A DNA stretch of 64,000 nucleotides, taken from Octopus vulgaris (lineage: Eukaryota). The stretch spans positions 53,568,001-53,632,000 of the forward strand of contig OX597815.1 in assembly GCA_951406725.2 (NCBI GenBank). Direction: 5' to 3'. Under the pieces are notes generated by a model, which was given only the letters and a program-made list of their open reading frames with translations, had not been told where the DNA came from and searched no databases. A program made the position numbers and the translations under genes. Below, one piece after another: positions 56,040 to 64,000 of the stretch. Positions within the stretch are counted from its first letter, which is position 1. Every line of letters starts with the position of its first letter.

Positions 56040-56437
56040 ACAAAGTTATTTTATTCCACACGGGTGATTTTCAAAAAGTTCAGACAGAAAGACGTGGCTT
56101 ACGTCGCAGCTGCCTTACTTTTGACTAGCGATTGAGGCTTGCCCTATTCTTATGGGCTCAATTTAGTATATGTTTTGAATAGGATTAGATTGGTAGAGGA
56201 TAGTTATACGACTTCTTAGAAATTTTAAAATTCATGATTAAGTTTATAACCATATATAACCCGAAACTATATGGTTCGGAACCAAACTTTTTAACACACA
56301 GCAATGCGTACATAATACCTACCTACCTACCTACCTACCTACCTACCTACCTACCTACCTACCTACCTACCTACCTACCTACCTACCTATCTACCTACCT
56401 ACCTGCATACATACATACATACATACATACATAAATA

Positions 56438-56952
56438 CCGTAAATCCTCGAGTATAATCCGCATTTTTTCCCAAAATTTAATGTTCAAAATCCATAGTGC
56501 GTACTATATACGAAGTTAAAAATGAAAAATATTTTCTAAGCAATGTCCGATTCTCTATTTGCTCTCTAGCAATATTTATTCAGACGCATTTTGTGATGTC
56601 GGGCACGAAAATACCTTAAGCTAAGCCTGAAAGCAATGAAGTCATAAAACAATTATCCATAACTTGCAGTAAGCAACATTTATTAAAATAGAAGTATTCA
56701 GAACACAGAATAACATGTAACAAAAACAATTGGCAAACATATCTACATTCCCATATAACAGTTAAGAACATCACCATTATTGTATTACGCATGCGTGCAA
56801 GTGTTTGTTCGTGTTGCTGGGTTAATTACGCACAACTCAAGTTAGAGAAGGGGTGCGTACTATACACAAGGTTTTGATTTTCCAGAGGTACAGCCCCCTA
56901 AAAATCCCCTGCGTATTATACTCAAGGGCGGACTATACTCGAGGATTTACGG
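56438..56952. mobile_element. pogo/Tigger-like MITE (Tc1/mariner superfamily)
   Basis: TIRs ccgtaaatcctcgagtataatccgc / gcggactatactcgaggatttacgg, TA duplication both sides, subterminal gcgtactata repeats. Confidence 0.92.
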
Positions 56953-57493
56953 TACATACATATATGTACTTTTAACCATACCAAATTTTCAGTGACAATG
57001 TGTAGGCTATCTAAACTCTGTGTTATAATATATTTTCCCAAAGAGCCCAGCTATCGAATCAAACGTGGAGCCAGATGACACTGAAGCGAATTTCTGCAGC
57101 AGACTGTAAATACTGCTCGCCTCCTCCTCTTCCTCCTCCTCCTCCTCCTCCTCATCATCATCCGTCTTCTTCTTCTTCTTCTTCTTCTTCTTCTTCTTCT
57201 TCTTCTTCTTCTTCTTCTTCTTCTTCTTCTTCTTCTTTCTCTTCCTTCATCATCTTCTTGAAACAAGACTTCAGTTACAGCAAGCATACTTTTAGCCATC
57301 GGTAGCAAAATATGGTCTTCTCAATACTGATTAGGCAGAGAAAAGTGTTGTTTATGAGTAGAAAAAGTAAAAAACATGCATCATAGCAAAATTAATGAAA
57401 AAATCGTGAGCTAAGATAAATAGCTCTTATAGATTATCGGTACCCTTCAGGCAAGTGGTAATTTACTGAATTTTTCATACAAACAATTCTAAA

Positions 57494-57529
<36 letters not shown>

Positions 57530-58640
57530 AGAAAGAAGAAAGAAGGAAAGAAAGAAAGAAAGAAAGAAAGAAGGAAGGAAGAAAGGAAGGAAGGAAGGAA
57601 GGAAGGAAGGAAGGAAGGAAAGAAAGAAAATTATGAATTGTGACTTGGGATTAAAATCTTCGTAACTCACTCGGCGCATTGGTATAAGGGATACAGGATG
57701 CCAGTGCTATGATATGTGTCTAGTCAGCCAGAAGTAAACAGACCTTTGAGCATTAACTTTGTTTATAGTTTCAGTGAACAAACTTCTGATTAGCGTTTAT
57801 ACCTGCCAATCGATAAAAAAGAAATTATTTTTATTGTGTACTGCGAGATCTGAAACGATGATTTGCATATATATCCCAGCAGATTCAAACGTAAATATGC
57901 TAGTCGCTGTTATGTGCAACACATTTTCAGCTCATAGGCACAAGGGATTCAGAGACACCATTGTCTATCGTCAGCCAGAATTACGGGACCTTTTGAGTCT
58001 AAACAAATTTGTGACGTTGTTTATAGTTTTACCGAACAAAACTGTTTTCTAATCAGTGTATATATCTGCCAACTACAAAAAGTAATGATTATTTGCATTA
58101 TGTGCAGCTAGATCTTAAACTATGTTTTGCACATAATAGGTTGCGGCAGATTTAAATGCAAAATATGTCTTTATAAAATACTTGTATCTATTATCAAAAC
58201 AAGATTAAGAGTAGTCCCTTGTTAGCTAACAAAGATTAGACTCATCCTCGCGCTATCAGCTTACCTATTTAATTCTGTGTGTAACTAGTTTTCGATTTTT
58301 TGAACTTATCACTACCTTTATTTGAGAGATTGCTAATAATTAATGGTGTTTTTTGCAAATCTTCACTAAATATATAGCGAATTTCAGTTAATTGTAAATT
58401 TTTATGCACGTCATCCAACCCCTCAGTTACCTGAATTTTCTCAATTTTGCCACAGACGTTATTTTCCTTAGAACACTTTTCTACATATGTTTCTATGATT
58501 GCGCACGTGCACGTGTATTTGTGTGTGTATGAGTGTAAGCATGTGGGTTATGCATATGCGCACACAACATTTATTTGTCTCCGAAAAAGGACCCTTATGT
58601 CGGTCTATCAAACAATTCATGATAATGCATATACATGCAC

Positions 58641-58731
<91 letters not shown>

Positions 58732-58760
58732 CCTACCTATCTATCTACCTACCTATCTAC

Positions 58761-58799
<39 letters not shown>

Positions 58800-58800
58800 C

Positions 58801-58888
<88 letters not shown>

Positions 58889-59530
58889 ATCTATCTATCT
58901 ATATATATATATATATGTGCGTACGTGTATGTGAGTATATGAGACAGTAAAATCCTTTCTAATCAATATCGGGAGAGTGTATCAGAGAGACAGAGCGCAC
59001 CAAACCTACACCTACACACATACATACACGCACACACAAAACACGTACAATAACACACAGACACACACACACACAGACACAGACACACACTATCTTCATC
59101 ATTAGTTGGCTAGTTAGTGTTCATGTTCAGCTCTGCAGAAGCCAGTCGCAAAAGCAGTCAAAATGAAGAAATTACTTGTCCGTTATCTAGACATTGGTTG
59201 GACAGAAACCTAAATTGAGCATCTCTCTCTGTCTGTGTGTCTACTGGACATGCTAGTGAAATATGTGGTGTGGTGTAGAAGTGTGTTGAAGTCCAACACG
59301 CAAATGGGATGAGGAAGAAGAGAGGAAGGTATGCTATATATGTGTGTGTGTGTGTGTGTGCATGTGTGTGTATGTATATATATATGTATATATAAAGGCA
59401 AACACAGACACGCTGACAAATACAGACACATACATATTACTATCCAAATATGAACACATACAAACACGCACATACATATCTATCTATCTGTCTGTCTATC
59501 TATCCATCTATATATATATATTATATATAT

Positions 59531-59818
59531 ATCACCGTGATCACCGTGGCCGACCAGAGTATCAGATGTTGCTATACATCGCTGGTCACAATGCACTTCG
59601 CATTGTTTTCGTCTTCAAATGACGCCACCCCGCTGGCTAAGCGAGCAGGCCAACACAAGAAAGAGTTTCAAAAAGTTTTGGCGAAAGAGTACAGCAGGGA
59701 TCGCCACCATCCCCTGTTTTCGCTCGATATACACTCACAACGCCAGGTCTGGGAATCGAAACCGCGATCCTATGACCGCGAGTCCGCTGCCCTAACCACT
59801 GGGCCATTTCACCTCCAC
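59531..59818 (-). mobile_element. tRNA-Arg-like SINE, internally shortened, second body type
   Basis: Minus strand tggcccagtggttagggcagcggactcgcggtcataggatcgcggtttcgattcccagacc; tail ends in repeated cacggtgat; inserted in (TA)n. Confidence 0.9.
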
Positions 59819-59819
59819 A

Positions 59820-59916
<97 letters not shown>

Positions 59917-59921
59917 ACGCC

Positions 59922-59962
<41 letters not shown>

Positions 59963-59993
59963 CATATATATATGTATATGTATACATATGTAA

Positions 59994-60024
<31 letters not shown>

Positions 60025-60091
60025 TATATATATAATATATATATATATATTGTGTGTGTTTGCATGTACTACTGGGCCATTGCGCCTCCAC

Positions 60092-60148
<57 letters not shown>

Positions 60149-60980
60149 TTACATATGTATATATATATTTATGAACACACACACATACATATATATGTAT
60201 AAATATACCCATGACTAAACATATGAATTGATATGTGAGTGCTTGCATACATTCATATCTGTCCATGTACATGTACATGTATTTCTACGTTTTGTTAGGT
60301 GTATGCAATAACGTCAGCTTCCCATGTCAGTCAAAATTCTTCTGGTCAGTGATAATTATTTTTCCTCACACCAAAAACTTCACAGGCACCGCCCCACATA
60401 AACCCACATGTACAGTCTCTCACCTTAACCCATATAACCCTCCCCACACACACACTCATAGCTCTCCTCACATATATACCAACAGCCCCACACTGATACA
60501 GACGCGATTCACGATATCTTAATAGCTACTACCGCCGGCAGAAGATTCTTCTATAGCTGTGATGTCCTCTAAAGTCTATATGTCGAGCAAAAGTTAGTTT
60601 GCTTGTGTATATATATTTCATATTTAGATACGCACGCATACAAACACACAAACAGGTACACACACATACATGTGGTCACATAAACATGCATGCACATACA
60701 CACATATGAATACATCCGTACATGTCAGTTGACATATCTCCATACTCAAATACCTTCATACATACATATAAGCAAACATGCACGTAAATGTGCAACTCGC
60801 GCGTGCGCGCGCGCACACACAAACACACACACAGGCACACCACATACAAATATATTTGTATAAGTTCGTGAAATCTGTAATATAGGTAAGTAAACTGCGT
60901 TTTATTAGCATGGTTCACCTTGATATCCCTCGATCCTTTATGGATACCCTCTTCCGAAAGATATTCTTGCTAATACATAC

Positions 60981-61056
<76 letters not shown>

Positions 61057-62292
61057 GTACATACATACGCACATGCAATTTCTGTATCGTGTGAGTATAT
61101 TAACATAAATACGTAGATTCGATTCAAATTTTCCCCAAGACCAGCAGTTTCAAAGGAGGCATAAGTCGCTTACCTGGTACGGACTTTACATTCTCCAAAA
61201 GGCAAAGTCGAGATCGGCGGACTTTTATCTAGTACATAAAGATGGACGAAATACCGCTAAGCACTCTGCCCCGCGTGCTAACGATTCTGCTAGCTCGCTG
61301 CATTGCATAAATACTTATATTGTTGAGCACCGGACTCACCTTAACCACCAAAAATGATTATACTGAATTTTTCTGTGAAACGTTAAGGGAGTTAAGAATT
61401 ATTCATGCAAATAAAAGTTTAAATAGATGTCATACACTTTTCTCTTTCGTGTTAAATATATGTGCAGTACAGTGTGTAGTTTTACATCTACTGTAATAAA
61501 TGTGTATATATTTACGGTAATGTAAGGTGCGACAATTAAAATTTTTTAGTGCTTGAATTTTTTACAATTATGTAGCATGTAAACACTGTTGTCGATGTTT
61601 GTTCATAAAAGAAAAGAAGAAAAAGAACCGCTCCATCTTACAACGATGAGATTTAAATTGACGACAATATAATCAAGATTGAAGATAATGAAATTGAGGC
61701 TGACAATGACAAGTGTGAGGTTGACTTTGACGTGATTGAAGTTGATAATGACCAAATTCAGTGGAGGAAAACTTGTATATATAACTGTATCAATTGGTAC
61801 TATTGATCAACTTGTAATAAACAAACAACGTTTATTGATGGTGTTTCACCTTTAACATGGCGAACAAATTTTTTTCCAGGATCTATTTTTATGATATATT
61901 TATTACTTTAAGAGTTGTAATGTATTTTGTCTTTAAAGTTACCGTTAGCTAGGGTATTGTTATAGTTGGGGGCTGTCTTATCAAATATATCTTCAGATGA
62001 AGAGAAATTAGATAGCCTATTACTAATGTTAGCTATAAGGTTTTTAAACACTGTAGGGGTTATATACGTAGGAGAGTTTCTCGTTTCGCTTATAGTACGG
62101 TTTACAAGAGCACAAGTTTAGATCTTGGGAAATATGTAAAAAAAAATCGACTTTTGACAGGTCAGTAGTAACAGTGATTTTGAGGCCTAATTGATTTAAT
62201 TGAAACTATCGATGAGTTATATATATATATATATATATATATATCCATTTTAATTCTCATTTAAGTGCCAAATTCTCCTGAACATTAATATT

Positions 62293-62327
<35 letters not shown>

Positions 62328-63799
62328 ATGAAATACAAAATGGGACATGAACGCAAAACAACTGGACAACTAAGTAATACAAAAGGGAACATATATATAT
62401 ATACAAGCATACATATGCTCAAACATGCTCTTATTATCCTCTCTTAATAAAATACTATATTTCGATGCAGGGGTGTAGGGCATTAAGCGGAATTTGAACG
62501 CAAAGAGACAGAACTGAACTACGCGAGGATATTTTTCTTGTGATTTTTTTGTTTCATCTGTTCTGTATGTTTATAATATATAACATAAGTAGAAAACTAA
62601 TAGAACGGAGGAATGGAACTGTAAATGAAACCCTTAAGTCGACCTCAGTGTTTTACAAGTACAAAAAAAGGACAATGAGTTCATTGGAACGATCCCCTCA
62701 CACACAGTGTTTCTGCGTGCGTGTGTGGGCATACAGAAACACATAATATTTCTGCATGCCTGTGTGAGTATGTGTGTGTGTGCGTGCACATACGCACACA
62801 CACACACGCACATATGTCCACGTGCGTATGTATGTGTGAACTTGCGTGTGTCTGTATATACAGTAGGAAGAAAAGAAACTTATAGTGCGAAAGAATGACA
62901 AGGTGGTCGTTTGAATTGATGAAACGATCAAACAAATCTACTTGTGGAAGGAATGTAAAGAAGGAAAGAAAGAAACCAAGAGAAAGTTAGTCGACGGAAT
63001 GGTAGCGAATTTTCACCAAACAATTACTTCTTAAGAATATTATTGGATATCGAGAAAAATGTGAAAGGGAAAGAAAACAAGGACGTAAAAGAAATAAGCA
63101 TAGAAATTATTGAAGAAAAATCTTTTTCCTTCGATAAGAATAGATCTTGACGGAAAATTAATTAGTAATGTAATGCATTGAGTCCGGAATATAGTTAAAT
63201 GGATCTGGTGCCGCAGTTGGTGCAACCAGGCCTATCATTTCAACTTTTACAACTAACAAAAATAGCGAAGCTACAAGAGACTCCGTTTCTTTTCCTGTCC
63301 ATTCTATTTTCACTGGCAACGGACCAACTACCATGGATATAGCAACTTGTTTCAAGAAATACAACGAAGAAATGACGCTTATTGAAGTGTCTTTTCAGCT
63401 GACCGTCAGCGCTGAGATTCCTGCCATTATTGCCTTCAAACCGATATGTTTAGCGCTCTTTATCTCTCTAACCTTCCGCCTTTTTCTGTATTCCCCATTT
63501 CTCAACTTTCTTTATGCTGCCCCTTATACACACTTCCTTTCTTTTCTTTATTGCTTCATTGCATTCGAGCGCATCAGTTTAGATGAGATCATTATTCGGA
63601 AAAGTTATTTTCGTTTCCAGGTTTCCGCCGGGTACCCAGGCATAGAAAAACATATCAAAGCTTTGTCATCTCCGAGGTCGAATATCTTCCTCTTTTTCGA
63701 AACTGTTTGTTTGAGTAGACAGGTTTAATAAATAGAGTAAAATGAAATATGCACAACAGAAGAGTGTTCATCAGTGGAAAGTTTACGGAGAGTCAGAAG

Positions 63800-64000
63800 A
63801 CACTGATCTTGTTTCAAATCCCAGTGTGATTTATATTATTTGTAGATTTGAGTTTCACTTACACAACTGCGTTCCTCATAGTTGGGAAAATAAATTTTCT
63901 ACTTTGTACGACAGAATAAGCGATAACATATGCAGCAAAAATCATAATCTATTTCGAAAAGGACTGATAGAATAAGTACTAAGCTTACAAGAAAATAAGT
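63800..64000 (+). mobile_element. Degenerate CORE-like SINE running off the window end
   Basis: cgaaaaggactgatagaataagtactaagcttacaagaaaataagt matches the SINE body at 48255-48300 (reverse complement). Confidence 0.55.

Noticed and set aside
61340-62150. piggyBac-like relic (ttaacc start, acidic D/E-rich frame at about 61660-61770)
   Set aside because: No matching right TIR/TTAA and no catalytic domain motifs seen.

Overview
AT-rich eukaryotic non-coding DNA, extremely dense in microsatellites ((TA)n, (CA)n, (TATG)n, (TATC)n, (GAA)n, (TAA)n, (ACC)n) and retroposons. The SINE repertoire and repeat landscape look like an octopod cephalopod genome (inference, not verified). No host protein-coding gene can be supported; almost all ORFs in the track are microsatellite translations. 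Recognisable content: three tRNA-derived SINE families in many copies; LINE fragments (CR1-like, RTE, R4/Dong-like RLE); a 5'-truncated Penelope-like element (RT + GIY-YIG); a maT/Tc1-mariner relic; hAT and pogo-like MITEs; a Helitron. The window also holds many hammerhead ribozyme (HHR) motifs: ordinary type-I motifs in 350-475 bp tandem/inverted non-coding units (retrozyme-like or Penelope pseudo-LTR-like), and, most notably, seven copies from four sequence-unrelated repeat families in which the three HHR strands occur in a scrambled order (NUH+stem I, then GAA+stem III, then stem I'+CUGANGA) that is none of types I, II or III, with covarying stems.
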